Virus record (IMG/VR): IMGVR_UViG_3300049324_000002
Location: 32,001-96,000 of that record
Direction: 5' to 3' (one strand)
DNA from: a virus
Length of the DNA stretch: 64,000 nucleotides
The notes under the pieces are model-generated. The model did not search any database and had not been told where the DNA came from. It was given only the letters and a program-made list of their open reading frames with translations. A program made the translations under genes and the position numbers. Within the stretch, counting starts at the first letter, position 1; each line of letters starts with the position of its first letter. Positions 36,536 to 49,119 of this stretch are shown piece by piece.

Positions 36536-36650
36536 TTGTCCTGCTGGGAATCGAACCCAGTCCTCGTCTGAAGTAGGAACAAACATCTCCGAGCCCACTA
36601 CAACAGAACTACCGGCCCCTCGCCGGGTGTGCGCCGTACACCACTGGACA
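36536..36650 (-). ncRNA. tRNA-like RNA with aberrant anticodon arm and ~50-nt variable arm
   Basis: TGTCCAG/CAGGACA acceptor, GTGT/ACAC D-arm, canonical CTGGG-TTCGATT-CCCAG T-arm. Confidence 0.65.
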
Positions 36651-36749
36651 TTACCTGGGGTACCAAGCCTCTCCCAGTCCTAGGAATAGCATCCCCATAA
36701 GGAGATACCCCCAGACACCGTACTCTGTTAGTGCCTGCCTAGCCCATCG

Positions 36750-36820
36750 AAGCCTCAACGGGAGTCAAACCCGCGCTCTCTGATTGAGAATCAGAAGTTC
36801 TATCATTAAACTATGAGGCC
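36750..36820 (-). tRNA. tRNA-Glu(CTC)
   Basis: GGCCTCA/TGAGGCT acceptor; TCTGA-TTCTCAA-TCAGA; T-loop TTTGACT; identity from anticodon only. Confidence 0.8.
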
Positions 36821-36839
36821 ACATTTAATTATCAAATAA

Positions 36840-37678
36840 CTAGCACTGACAATGCGCTGGTAGAGCCTTGAACCACAATGTCGGTGCATCTTCATCACTA
36901 CGTTGTACCGCGACCCACCCGCGCATCTCCGGCCGATGCTCCACGACCCAAGAGACTACAGCACCACCCACCGCAGCCAGCCGCTCAAACTCAACCAAAG
37001 TGCAATGGTTGCATCTCGTCATCTACCAGTGCGACCAATCAACTCGTCCATCGCTGCTTCATCACTTGTTGGTGTATCACGACTAGAATTCGCAACACGA
37101 TCTAGCAAATCTGCATCAGATTCTGCTGACATTTTCTAGCTCCCCTGCAACTTGCTCTTTATGATGGTGTAACTGTACCATCCATGAGTCAAGCTTGCAA
37201 GTCTTGGTTGGTAGTCAATATGGTAGCTAAGTCGGTAGACGCAGCCTCCAGCCGCTCGCGCGCCCTGACAACCAACTGCAAGTCAGCATCCTCCACAGAC
37301 GGACCCGGCCTCGAGGCTTTGAGCGCTGCCGGACCCATAAGGCGAGTCTCCACCTTCACCAACAGGCAAGACAAATCATTATAAGCATGCTGAAATCTAT
37401 CAATCTCCTGATTAAGATCTCTAAACGTCGCCATCTTCATTCCTCTTCCTAAAATCAGAAGAAGCAAGAACATCTGCAACACTATCAGCAAGATACTTCA
37501 TGGAATCGACAACCTTAAGAAGAAGATCCTGAGTCTCAATGTTCAACGAAGGATCAGTCCTCAAAACATTATCAATGGAGTTGAGATCTATATTTAGTGC
37601 ATTTCTAGACTTACGAATAGCACTCAAAGCAACAAGTATATCCGGACTAACTACAGTAGCCATCAGTTCAATCTCCAA
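36840..37678 (-). CDS. Cluster of small hypothetical proteins (36840-37022, ~37189-37440, 37421-37678)
   Basis: Tandem short ORFs with coding-strand bias; the first has a CNHC..HCQC motif. Confidence 0.5.
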
Positions 37679-37955
37679 AACATTCGATAAAACGATTGAC
37701 GGATCCGACCTCGAGCCCTCTCAAGAGTTACATCCGACAGAGCAAGCTCATGTCTCGAAATGGTTTCATCTCGCCGATGACCAATACGATGCTGGCCTCC
37801 GCGCCTCGCAGGCGTCACAACCATGATCTCACTCTCTAGGCTCACGGAACGTAGTACCCCGAACAACGCCACAAGCCACTCCTGGTTACACCCGTGTCAA
37901 CAAAAAGGGATAACTATGGCACGATGAGGGAAGACAAAGAGCCCTGGAGGCCCGC

Positions 37956-38132
37956 ATGGAACACATAGACACCGAACACCTACACATCATGCAAATGAAA
38001 ACAGACGACATCATTTGTGGTGATGTACTACTTCACTGCGATCCAAGTGACCCATACGATAGATGGTCTTGCATTCTGAAACCACATCACCCAGTCATAG
38101 ACCACGAAGCCATAGACGGAACAAGATGGTGA
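37956..38132 (+). CDS. 58-aa Cys/His-rich protein
   Basis: GGAGG RBS; MEHIDTEH...ICGD...WSCILKPHH..DHEA; stop lies 1 nt before the next ORF. Confidence 0.6.
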   Translation: MEHIDTEHLHIMQMKTDDIICGDVLLHCDPSDPYDRWSCILKPHHPVIDHEAIDGTRW

Positions 38133-38133
38133 A

Positions 38134-38442
38134 ATGACAAACTGGTTTATATGCCCAACCATCTACGAACGCTCAGACGGGCGAGCATTCATAAGAGAAT
38201 GTAGAAAATGCGGAATAAGTGTGTTAGTACCAGACTTGCACGTACCAGAAGTAGAAGCAGGAACACTAAAACCAGCATGCTGGGAATGTCATAGAAAAAC
38301 AGGTAAGAAAATAACCATCCACCCAACAGAACTAGAGATCATACAAGAAGCAGATCTAGAACCGGAAGCATGGGCATACGTAGAACACCTTAACGCTGGT
38401 CGTCAACCAATATCCAATTGGTATATCCAATTCGAGCAGTAA
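38134..38442 (+). CDS. Zn-finger protein
   Basis: CRKC...CWEC; one of the few plus-strand genes. Confidence 0.7.
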   Translation: MTNWFICPTIYERSDGRAFIRECRKCGISVLVPDLHVPEVEAGTLKPACWECHRKTGKKITIHPTELEIIQEADLEPEAWAYVEHLNAGRQPISNWYIQFEQ

Positions 38443-39018
38443 GCTGCATAGCTAACGTAACAACCGTATGATCCCCAGTCACAGGCTCACCCGGGCAGGG
38501 ACCTTCTTTCTCGCCAAGAGGGTAACCCAAAGCCAAAGCAAGATTACGCTCAAGCTCGTAAGACTCAAGTGCATATCCTTGCAGCCTAAAAATAGCAATC
38601 TCTACTAAATCAAGAAGCGAAAAACTAGGTCCAACGTGCAACGCGGCACGCAGCCGCGCGCACGACTCCTCAACCTCACTAACACCCATCCCCGACCTTC
38701 AATCCGCTGCGCCAAATGAAAGAAAAAGCCACCAAACTTTAAATCACAAACCTATCGCTTCTTGGTAGGAGTCAGCCTCATCCCGTACTGATCGTTGGTC
38801 TTCTTAACCTTACCAAGAAGACCAGAATTACTCCGAACAGTAAGCTCACTATTCACAGGCATCTGACTAGGACGAAAATTACCGCCACTATCCAAACCAT
38901 GAAAAATAAGACGCTCAGGCTGTTGCTCAATCCACATAGCTAAAACTTCAGAACTCTGAATCCAACCCTTACCCTCCACAAACGCCTTAGCAACCTTAGG
39001 GGAACCTGTTGCCATCAC
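38390..39018 (-). CDS. Two hypothetical proteins (38390-38689, 38752-39018)
   Basis: ORFs with RBS. Confidence 0.5.
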
Positions 39019-39048
39019 ACACCTCCACAGTGAGAAACGTGAGCACTC

Positions 39049-39630
39049 CTACCGCAACGGCCAGAGCCTAGGATGATTATACGGCATCAAGAACCTAGCG
39101 ATCTTAAGATTATGATGAGCATCATCCAACGCATTGTGCATGGAGTCTGCAGACTGCTTAGGGATGTCATCACCATTCAACCCGAGACGCTCACATTCCT
39201 GCTTCAAATCCATACTAAACATAGGCAACCCCAAAGGGCGCTGCATCATCGTGCCCCAAAACTGCATCAACGTAACATGATCATAAGCACCGAACCACGT
39301 CCACAAGTCGGGAGGAGAATCTCCAGACAACAGAAAATCTTTAACCTCATATCTGATAGTATCTAAACGCTTCACATCTGGATGAGTCGTATCAATAGGA
39401 GGGACGCTAAGATTAGTACTCCACTTAGTGCCAGGAAGGCGAGGTAACGAAGGAACGACATTATCCATCAACCAATTATGTTTGCGGATACGAGCCCACG
39501 GTGCATCACGATTAACAGCATAATACTCAGTAACTGAATCATCAGGGTTGACACGCACAATCCCAATAGAAATTGGCTTAATAGTCAAACCGTTCTCAAG
39601 GAACTCAAAGTCATAACAAAAAGCAGTCAT
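39049..39630 (-). CDS. DEDDh 3'-5' exoribonuclease, RNase AS / Rv2179c-like
   Basis: 'YDFEF', 'ISIGIV', 'W..FGAYDHV', 'HNALDDA'. Confidence 0.88.
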   Translation of the reverse strand: MTAFCYDFEFLENGLTIKPISIGIVRVNPDDSVTEYYAVNRDAPWARIRKHNWLMDNVVPSLPRLPGTKWSTNLSVPPIDTTHPDVKRLDTIRYEVKDFLLSGDSPPDLWTWFGAYDHVTLMQFWGTMMQRPLGLPMFSMDLKQECERLGLNGDDIPKQSADSMHNALDDAHHNLKIARFLMPYNHPRLWPLR

Positions 39631-40007
39631 GCCAACAACGCCCTTCCAAAAGTGAAAGCCACCCTCATATCAGGCTCATAATAATGCTCACCCTTCAAAA
39701 CCTTACCGTCCTCACGCTCAACAAACTTACCGTCAGGACCAACCTTACTCATGTTAGAATCATGCACAGCCTCAATAGCAAGCTGCATATTAATCCCAGG
39801 ACGCTGAGCAGTACCATAAACAACATAAACTAAATCAGACAACTCTTTAGCAACAGCAAACCAATCACGAGCATCCAAAGCATCAAGAACTTCTTTAAGC
39901 TCCTCTTTCAATAACTTCTTACGAAGCTCTAACCAAGCCTCCTCAGAAAGAGTATCACCATTAGTCGCACGACTAAACTCTTCTAACATCAAAGCAACAT
40001 CACGCAC
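39627..40007 (-). CDS. MazG-like / PRA-PH-like NTP pyrophosphohydrolase
   Basis: 'LLKEELKE', 'KELSDLVYV.YG', 'VHDSNMSK', 'REDGKVLKG'. Confidence 0.88.
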   Translation of the reverse strand: MRDVALMLEEFSRATNGDTLSEEAWLELRKKLLKEELKEVLDALDARDWFAVAKELSDLVYVVYGTAQRPGINMQLAIEAVHDSNMSKVGPDGKFVEREDGKVLKGEHYYEPDMRVAFTFGRALLA

Positions 40008-42828
40008 GAAAATTCTCCAATAAATTATTTAACTCCGCATGAACCTGATGCAAAGCTGCCGTCACACCAGCAGTATAATCAGGTGAAGAACTAGACGGAG
40101 CAAAAGAACGAGACATAAAATCTGCAGACAACGCAGTCACTTTCCACATCAAAGACTCTCTCGCCTTACGCTCCTCAGCGTAACTAATATTTGCAAGCTT
40201 CAATTCCTCTTGCAGCCTAGCAATACGAGGATCCTCATCAGAGAGATCTACAATAGGAAAACTAGCCATAACCTAATCTCTCCCGAGCAGCAATAATCAC
40301 AGTCAGAGCATCTTCAACGGAAACAAGCTCCACCATAGGTGAAGAAACAATCTCAGCACGCCAACCAGAAAGAAGCCTGGATAACCCATCAAACCCAATA
40401 GAAAACCCAGTACCAATCGCACTCAACAAAGCATCATCAAAAGCAACCTCACCATCGAACAACTCTCCATCACTAAACACAAGAAACCTATCATAGTAGG
40501 AGTACTATCCTGTGTATCGGTGACACAAAGTTGGATGTTACAGACTCCTACCCACCCGGGCGTCGGGACGCCCACACCACCTGCACGCCAGCGGGCATCA
40601 CACCATCATCCCCAGCCTCACCCGGCATTCCATGCACCTCGCACGGGCGCGTGCCATACCACCCATGATTCCTGCAATAAGGGTCACAAGAAAAATCTTC
40701 ACAAGAACAACAAAAACAATTATTTCTCTGATACTCTTCCCAATTAGTAGCTACCACTCTACGACGAGACACCACACCAGGAATACTACGATACTCATAC
40801 CATTCATGTGCTGTCTTAGTATCCGCAGGCTCAGTATAATAATCAGGATAAATGCCCATCAGGAAAACTCCATCGTAGGGTCGGTCTCCGAAACTAAAAC
40901 ACGAAGCCTCTTCACCTCAGCCAACAAACGCTCCACATAAACACGACTATTAGCCATAAACTCTACGGTACCTGAAGGAATCTCAATCAACTCACGATAC
41001 CTGTAATGATAATCAGAAGGAACAAACCCAGGCTTCGGCCTAGCCCACGGCTCCGACAAAACAAAGCCATCGTAATCCTGACACCAACCCCACGGACCCG
41101 GCATGGCTCGAGCGAGGGCCACCTCTACCTCACCCACAATATCCTCAGTCATCAGAAACCTCAATACGAATTGTAAAAACGAATGATCTTAACATCAGGA
41201 GGCAACTCAGATAAAATAACTTCTAACCCATCGCGCATAAACTCATCCGACCACTCACGAACACAAGAAACATAATCAGGATCAAGAGGCAAAATCACAC
41301 CCTCAGGATCAGGCTCATGCCCATCAAAAAAGTTATCTAACTCTCGAGTAATAGGAAGACCAGCCGCAACCAAAGCATCATGGGCAGCCTTCATCCTCAA
41401 CCAACGCTCATCGGGAGGACGAATAGCCACCACATGCTTACTCATACTCACTGCACAATCCCGTTACCATTATACTTCAACAACATATCTACAGCAGCAA
41501 CCTGATGAGGATAAAAAACTAGACCACGTGCCAACGTATTATAATGAGGTCCAAACAAAAGAATCATTCGATCCTTAAACTCATCGTCATTCTCAGGAAC
41601 TTTATCGAAAGTAGTCATCTAAAGTCTCCAACTCAAACTTAGAAGAAAAATCTATAGGAGTGAAAGCCTCGAAACTACCATCTAACCACTTCACGATAAA
41701 ATATCCTGTATACACAGTTCCATAGTCGTGTGGTAGCACAACCACCCAATGATCACCCAACCGACCAACCGAACCACCACACCACAACGCAACCTCAGTC
41801 AGATTCCGACTCGTCACCCGCACCGCTGGAACTGCCGGAAGGCCCGGCTTCGCCCTCAGTAACCGCATGACCCTGTCCTACCGCAAGCAACTCATCAAGC
41901 TGATCGTCTTCAGCCATAATATAGAGATAAAACGCAGCCTGCAGACAAATAGTAGCCTCGGTCATAACCTCAAGACGATGAACACCATGACCTAGAGAAT
42001 TAGTCTCCTCCATACAATCCATTGCTCGCCAAAACAACTCACGATGATCAGGAACAAACCTCGAAACAGACATCACTAACCCTCAATCCTTCTCAATAGA
42101 AATTAAAACTTCATCACACCGTCGAATAGCTCTCTTCGCTGCAAGAACCTGTCGACCCTCAGTGGGAAAATCCTTCAAAGGACCACCCAGAGCCAACAAT
42201 CCACGTAAAGCATGCGCCGCATCCTCAATAACACCCACAACCTCCGAGTCAACAGAAGGCAACGACCCAGGCCCGGACGGGAAACACTCAGCGTGGACAG
42301 CAAGAAACTCGTCAGTAACCTCACGCCTCGTTCGTACCACACCAAACCGAGCCAACAACTCACTCTCAGACAACGACCCAGTCAGCTCCCAAGCACCATC
42401 AAGAGTACGATCCCACATCTGAATACTATCAGAATAGCCTGTATATACTAGAAGATAATCCTCTGGGATAGACTCACCATAACGAATCACCGACTTACTA
42501 CGACCAGTCAACGCTCGCTCCAAGGCAGTCGTCAACGACGACCAAGCCTCATCACTCAAGGAATTAAGAGTCCCCTGACGCAGCCGCGCCAACTCAGCCT
42601 GAACCTGAGACATGATCTTATCATCCATGACTTGTCCTACCCACCCCAAGCCCACTGAATAGGTGCAGCCAACGAAATCTTCGAACCACAAAACACACAC
42701 CGCCACTCAGGAAGCTCCACCACACCCGGGACGACCGGGCGCAACACCACAACCCACTCAATACCATAACGTTGGCACGACTCATCCGTGCAAACAATCG
42801 TCACACGAATAGTAGGAACCAACTCCAT
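40000..42828 (-). CDS. Run of about 10 small hypothetical early genes
   Basis: Tightly packed or overlapping ORFs (40000, 40262, 40548, 40859, 41161, 41602, 41795, 42083, 42637). Confidence 0.55.
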
Positions 42829-44432
42829 TACGACAACCTCTGCTTATAAGCAAGCTCGCCAGTACACTCAGAATCAACCAAAATACGCAACCAAAGAGGC
42901 TGACTAGAGATATCAATAATCTCTATGCAGCTCACAAATTTACCATCAACCCCAGATACCATACCACGAACAAAAACACGAATACCCCACGTACCGCCAG
43001 ACCCTTTATCACTGCGCAAAAAATACTGAATATCAACACCACTAACATCAATGTCACGATGATAAATGAAATCGCGAACAAGGTCACAATCCGTCACACT
43101 AGCGGCAACACGCCTACTAGCATTAACGCTCTGAACCTTAACGTTACCCATTATGATAATCTCGAATCTTGTGCACACCCGGGACAACGGCCAGCGGCTT
43201 ATGCTGCTGAACAAACACACTCAACCAATCAAACTGAGGATTACTAGGAATACCGCCAACGTCGAAATTCAGGAAACTACTCTTACCAAACACAGTAACC
43301 CTATACATTCGCCACTCACCATGCATCTCCCGCTCATACACCACACGAACAGAAGTAGCATCCCACGAACGAATACCAGGACAACCGGTGTCTATTATAG
43401 CTCCATCAACACTAGCAATGATCTCACACAACTCATTAACTTCAGTTACAATAGTTTTCACTCCCACGAAGACACCAACTCACCAGACAACGAATTAGAA
43501 GTATAAGCAGGCATACCCTTAGGGCGTGGCCAAAAATTCTCCACCAACTCACACAACCACGCTGGCAAGCTCGAATCAGGCCAATAAAAAGTAACACTAG
43601 GACCACGATTAAGAGTACGAATAGAATCAACACACCACGAACCATTAATACTACGAGTATACGTAACAACAACCGCACTGGTCTCTAATCGCTTACCGCC
43701 TAAAGGAACCCACGCGCCTCCCCTAATACTGGCAGAAAACGCACGAGTCTCCTCAAAACCATCAACCTCATAAGTAATCACTCTTCATCCACACCCAACG
43801 CAACATCCAAAGGATAAGTCGGACCAGTAGGAGTGTTGTTAAGTATAAAATCAAGCAACCACTGAGGCTGGTCAGACATAAAAAGAGACTCGCCACCCTT
43901 ACATTTAGTATTAACAGAACCATCAGCATTGATAGGGTAATACCTCACCCACACACCCCAACAACGCCAACGGCCCTCAGTACGCTCATAAACAGCTTCG
44001 ATCTCCGTAACATCAACCAACGTATGCTCAATAGCAGAACGAACAGGCTCCTCATTCTCCACATCAGCATAAGCAACATACTTAGAAAGACGATCACGCA
44101 GCTTCACCGTCATGATTTACTCCTCGAAAGATCAGCCATCACACAGGCATATTATCTTGGATAAACTGTCGTACCCAATCAGGCTGATCCCGTCGAGGCA
44201 ACGGCACCGTCGACGGCAACAAACTCAACCGACCATCATCGAAAACCCACCGCCCCGTCACCTGCGGAGCCCGCACCTGCCAATGCCCATGACCATCAAC
44301 TCGTCGCGAAAACGAGATCTTAATGCTACTCACAAGAAGTGAAGGAGAGTTAGACAAAAACTTAATCGGCTCCTCGTCAAAGACCATAGCTCGCACTTCG
44401 AACATCGCAGTAACAGACTCAGGATCTATCAT
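42828..44432 (-). CDS. Paralog family A, first cluster (5 genes: 42828, 43144, 43458, 43778, 44139)
   Basis: Shared pattern V.V.Y.R...G.W.V..V.V.G...P.WL..hh....P. Confidence 0.75.
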
Positions 44433-44440
44433 ACCTAGTC

Positions 44441-45339
44441 CTACCCGGCAGTGACGGCGCTTGCCCAATACTTACAATGGTTACGCTGGATCACCTCACG
44501 TGACGGACCGCTCAACACCAGAATCTCCACCTCAGGATAAGCAGAATACTGAGGTTCCAACGAAAAACGATATCTCAACGCAATATCTGAATCATCGAAA
44601 GTAGCCTCACCAAGTAACTTACTCTGAATACGATCATAAACAACCAGTATATTAACTGCCTGACTCATCCAAATCACGCTCCCACATAGCTAACTCCGCA
44701 GCATTCTTGCCCATACTCTTCACTTTAGGCGCCCAATGCGTGGCCAACGCAATAGCCTCCTGCTCACCAAAACGATGGTCATCTAACCATTGATCGTAAG
44801 ACTCACCGTCAGCACAACCATCACTCCACCAACCATCACGACCTAAAAACGAACCCTCATGCGTAACCGACCACCGCTCAAAACCACGATGCTCAACCTT
44901 AATCACCCAATGACGCCTATTAATATTATTAAAAGGAACGCAACACACTTCATACGAAGCAATCCTAAAATCAACTTTAGGCGTTTTCTGCGTCATAATC
45001 AGCTCGATCCTTCTCCTCGTACTGAGCATGCTCAAAAGCAAGATGTGCATCTTCACCCATAATACGAACACACTTCACACAAATCTCATAATCACAAAAC
45101 ACATCAATGTAACGATCCTCAAACGCTGGGGACGTCGACCCCACCCAACCACACAACGACACCACAGGACCATGCATCAACGCCATCATTGGCTGCGGAG
45201 GCTTCAACCCATAAGGAGCCAAAAACCGCGTCCACGCACGCTCCCGCATACCCGGATCGGAGGCGACGATATGCACCATCCCCGTCCGACCATTACGAAC
45301 AAACTCAGGCTCCTCATCAGGCGCGTGCGTAACCATCAC
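44441..45339 (-). CDS. Three hypothetical proteins
   Basis: ORFs 44441-44677, 44652-~44996 and 44977-45339. Confidence 0.55.
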
Positions 45340-46328
45340 TTACCAGTCTTCCGCTCCACATAATCAGCAATCTTCCTCAAAGAAGTACCGCGATCATTCA
45401 TACGCATAACATCCTTAAGAAGCTTATCCCCATATACCTCACGTGCCTTATCCATAGCAGGATGCTTCCTGCCATTCCTACCTCTAGGGCCATCATAAGG
45501 CTGAATCTCTTCAAGCAAATGATCAACGCCACACCTATCATCACTATGCATGTTGACAGCAGTCTCTAAGCTACCGCCATACATAGCATCAGCTAGCAAA
45601 TCATAATGACCACCCTGCCACATACCAACTGCCTGACTAGAATTCTTATTGCGCAACCCAGACAACCAACGATCTGTCAAATCAGCAGAATCATCACTAG
45701 ATACTTCTTCTGCAGGGATATCAGTCGGCATCCTCAATGTAGATGTCATACCAAACAATGTCCCTACTTTTGGGGCCGCATCACCACCAGCCTTAGGCTT
45801 GTCAGGACTAGCCTCTGCAGGCTTCTCGACCTTCGACACCGGCTGACTCGCCGTCGACCCACTAGAACCGCCCACAGCACGGGCCAGCACCCACACCAGA
45901 CCGAGCACCAAGCCGCCCCCAACAACCGGGCCAATCGTCGAACCGAAGCCCGCCACGACCGCCCCAGCAACGTACAACACGTGAAACACAGACATCAAAG
46001 ACTGCCAAATAAGATACCCAATATACGCAGCGAATGCGCCAACACCCGTAACCAACCCAAAAAGCAAAGCCTCAGACCAAGGAAAATAACGAACCCAATC
46101 CAACCGCGAATCAGATTTACTAACAGGCTTATCAACAACAGGTGCATCTACAACCTGCTCGACAACCTCGCCCTCCACCACCAACGGCTGCGCGACCACC
46201 AACTCCGCACCAGACGGACCCGGCTTAGGGAAACCAGGCAACGGACCAACAGTAACAATAACCTCAGGAACAATAACCTCAGGCTCGTCAACCTCACGAA
46301 CAGGCTTAGGCTTTGGATCAGTGCTCAC
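45336..46328 (-). CDS. Membrane protein with Pro/Val-rich N-terminus
   Basis: 2-3 central hydrophobic segments. Confidence 0.65.
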   Translation of the reverse strand: MSTDPKPKPVREVDEPEVIVPEVIVTVGPLPGFPKPGPSGAELVVAQPLVVEGEVVEQVVDAPVVDKPVSKSDSRLDWVRYFPWSEALLFGLVTGVGAFAAYIGYLIWQSLMSVFHVLYVAGAVVAGFGSTIGPVVGGGLVLGLVWVLARAVGGSSGSTASQPVSKVEKPAEASPDKPKAGGDAAPKVGTLFGMTSTLRMPTDIPAEEVSSDDSADLTDRWLSGLRNKNSSQAVGMWQGGHYDLLADAMYGGSLETAVNMHSDDRCGVDHLLEEIQPYDGPRGRNGRKHPAMDKAREVYGDKLLKDVMRMNDRGTSLRKIADYVERKTGK

Positions 46329-46358
46329 GGCATCCTCGATCTGAAGTATAATACTAAT

Positions 46359-47626
46359 TTATCCGTACGAACAACACACGTGCCAACCAGGAGTACCAAT
46401 TACAGGAACACGCAAATCCAACAAAGCAACAAAATCACGCATCTGAGTATTCCACTCAGGGCGAGCATTCAAGGCATTCAACTGAACACAACCCCAATCA
46501 GGAGTCTCCTGCACCGACTCCCTAATCCTCACACAATAAGCAGGTTCATCACGATAACCATACTCAGCAAAATCTACATTCAAATCTTCAATAATACGTT
46601 TCTGCCTATCACGATTAGCCGTATAATCCTTAAACTCAGCAGTATTGTAAAATATCGCGTTGGCAGCAAGTCTTTCCTCACGACTACAAGGATAACTAAT
46701 ATCTAAAGAAGAAGGACGTACAGGTCTAGAAACAGGAACCCAACCCAACTTCTTAGATACAACATCGCGCCAATCCTCGGAATCAGAACCATCCGCAGGC
46801 TCCATCCACAAAGGCTTAAAATCCTCTGACGTATGAGGATCAAACATATCCCCTAGATTCCAACCCCAAAACACAGTAGCTGACGCAGCATCACTCACTA
46901 CTTCCTCCTCAAAAGTCTGACACGACGAATAGAACGCTTACTCCACACATCATCATGGTCATCGACTTCAGTCAAAGAAACAAGCACAAGATGACTATCA
47001 AAAGACCACACATCAAAATAATTATCTGCCAAATCAGGACTATGTGATTCGTGCCGAAACACACTACCATCACGATACTTGACCTTAACTTTATACATTT
47101 TCATAAGATCACGGACCTACAGCAACAAACTTCTCGCAATGATAAACATCCGAACGATCAGTAGGCTCCGCAACCCTCTCCCACTCCACAGGAGTACGAC
47201 CACACATCGAAATCAACACCAACGGACAACCCACCGACGACGACCCAGCACGGAACGCCGCGTCATGACGACAATTACCGCACCACCGACCAGTCCAAAT
47301 CAAACCCTCATCTGAATTAGAGAACGGGGAACCCTCTATAGCCAGGCTCCACGTATCCTCCAACACCTCTAAATCCCCAGGGAGCGGCTCACCCGGCCCA
47401 GCAACATAAGGATCCGAAACCTCACTCATCGTCCATCCCTCCATAACGTAGACTCGTGTTTGTCCGCGCATTCAGCGCACACACGCACCCATCTACCCGC
47501 TACCAACACCAAAGCCTCAAGCTCACCATGCTCCACTGGCCCTGACCGGCCAGTTCTCGACTCAAACGGACAACGAACAAAATCATCGTCATCCAACTCA
47601 CCCAAAGGATTTACTGCTGACATCAC
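46359..47626 (-). CDS. Four hypothetical proteins
   Basis: ORFs 46359, 46898, 47109 (FSN..EG..W...WC..C) and 47426. Confidence 0.55.
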
Positions 47627-49106
47627 GAAACCCCAGGCATCTGCTTAGCAATCCAATCAAGCAGCCACTTAGGCTGAAAGCATTTGTTGTGCAAAGATAT
47701 AGTAATCATATCAGGAGGAACCCATCCATCAGGATCATCCCGAACTTCATCAAAAAAGCCAGTCACTAAAACAGAATCCACACGCCACCGCACGTCACGA
47801 CGCGCGAAGTTAACCTCAACCTCTACCACATCAAATAACGGACCATGAATCGACAACCGAATAGGATCCTGATCAATCACAGAAGCAACAATAGTCTGTG
47901 CACCACGAATACTCGTCAACTGAAAAGCCATCACGAAATCCCACCCGCTGGCTTACGCTCCATCACCCAAGACCACAACCAACCCTTAATACCATCAGGG
48001 AACAACATATGGTCCGTCTCATAAGCGCGAACACCATCTTCACTCATCAAAAAACCAGCAACCCTCACAGCATCCACACACCACTCGCTGCCAGTCAACT
48101 GACTACATTTATAGTCAACGCGAAATCTAGTGACAAGCAACTGCTCGCGGCGAGCCGGGAAAAGCGAAATAGGAGGCATCTCCTCGACCTCCGTATAAAC
48201 GGAGTGAGTGCCAGCCAGACTCACGACCTTAATACCCATGACCTATCCTACCGCAGGCACGTCAGGACGATGCTCCTCAGCAAAATCCAACAACCAACCC
48301 GGGACCCTGTCCGGCAACACCTCAATCTCCACACAACCTAAATCATAACCAATAGGAACACCACTCGCGCGTGCGTAACTACCTCGCGCTTTCAACATAA
48401 AAGTAGTCCAAACAGCAGACCCTGGCTCACGACGATAATGAACAGACACAGCATTAGGCAAAAACTTCAAATCCATAATATCAGAAGGAACACTCAAAAT
48501 AGGCTCACCAACCACAGACCCTGACACCACATGCCTCTCCGCAACACGCGCATGATACAAACTAAACGGAGGGGTAATCGTCGTGTAAGTAACATCCGTG
48601 ATTCTTATCGTCATCGTCGTCCTTGATCTCATAGAACTCAGTATCACCATAAACACACTCGAAAGACTCTTCGCCGCGATCCGCTTTCTCTAACACACGC
48701 TCACGCAGGAACGCCTTACTAGAACCCTCCGGAGCCTCTACCACAGTACAAATAACAGACTCCTGCGATACAATCACTCGGAAACGCATCGTGACCCCGT
48801 CTCCGTAGGCGAAAACCGAAACACCAAATCAACAACCCAGGTATTCGACAACTCATGATTATCAAAATGAAGATAAGTTGGAAGAGAACCAATACCACTA
48901 CCGTCAGAACGAACCATCATACCAGATATCTTCACATCGACAACCTCCCACACACCACCAGTTTTATCTGCCCTAGCGTATTTAATCTCCAAAAAATCAA
49001 CTTCGATAAACAACGGAGGATTAGTACCAGGAATATGCAATTTATCAAAACCATCAACATTTAATTTAACAGTGCAAGTAGCAGACGCACTAGATACATT
49101 AGACAC
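47623..49106 (-). CDS. Paralog family A, second cluster (47623, 47931, 48243, 48774) plus small ORF 48562-48789
   Basis: Same motif as 42.8-44.4 kb; the first gene's RBS (GAAGGAG) abuts the 3' end of the large array. Confidence 0.75.
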
Positions 49107-49119
49107 AACAAACTCCTTC

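Noticed and set aside
36196-36650. tmRNA (standard or permuted)
   Set aside because: No G3-U70 alanine acceptor or TCCACCA end, and no recognisable tag reading frame.
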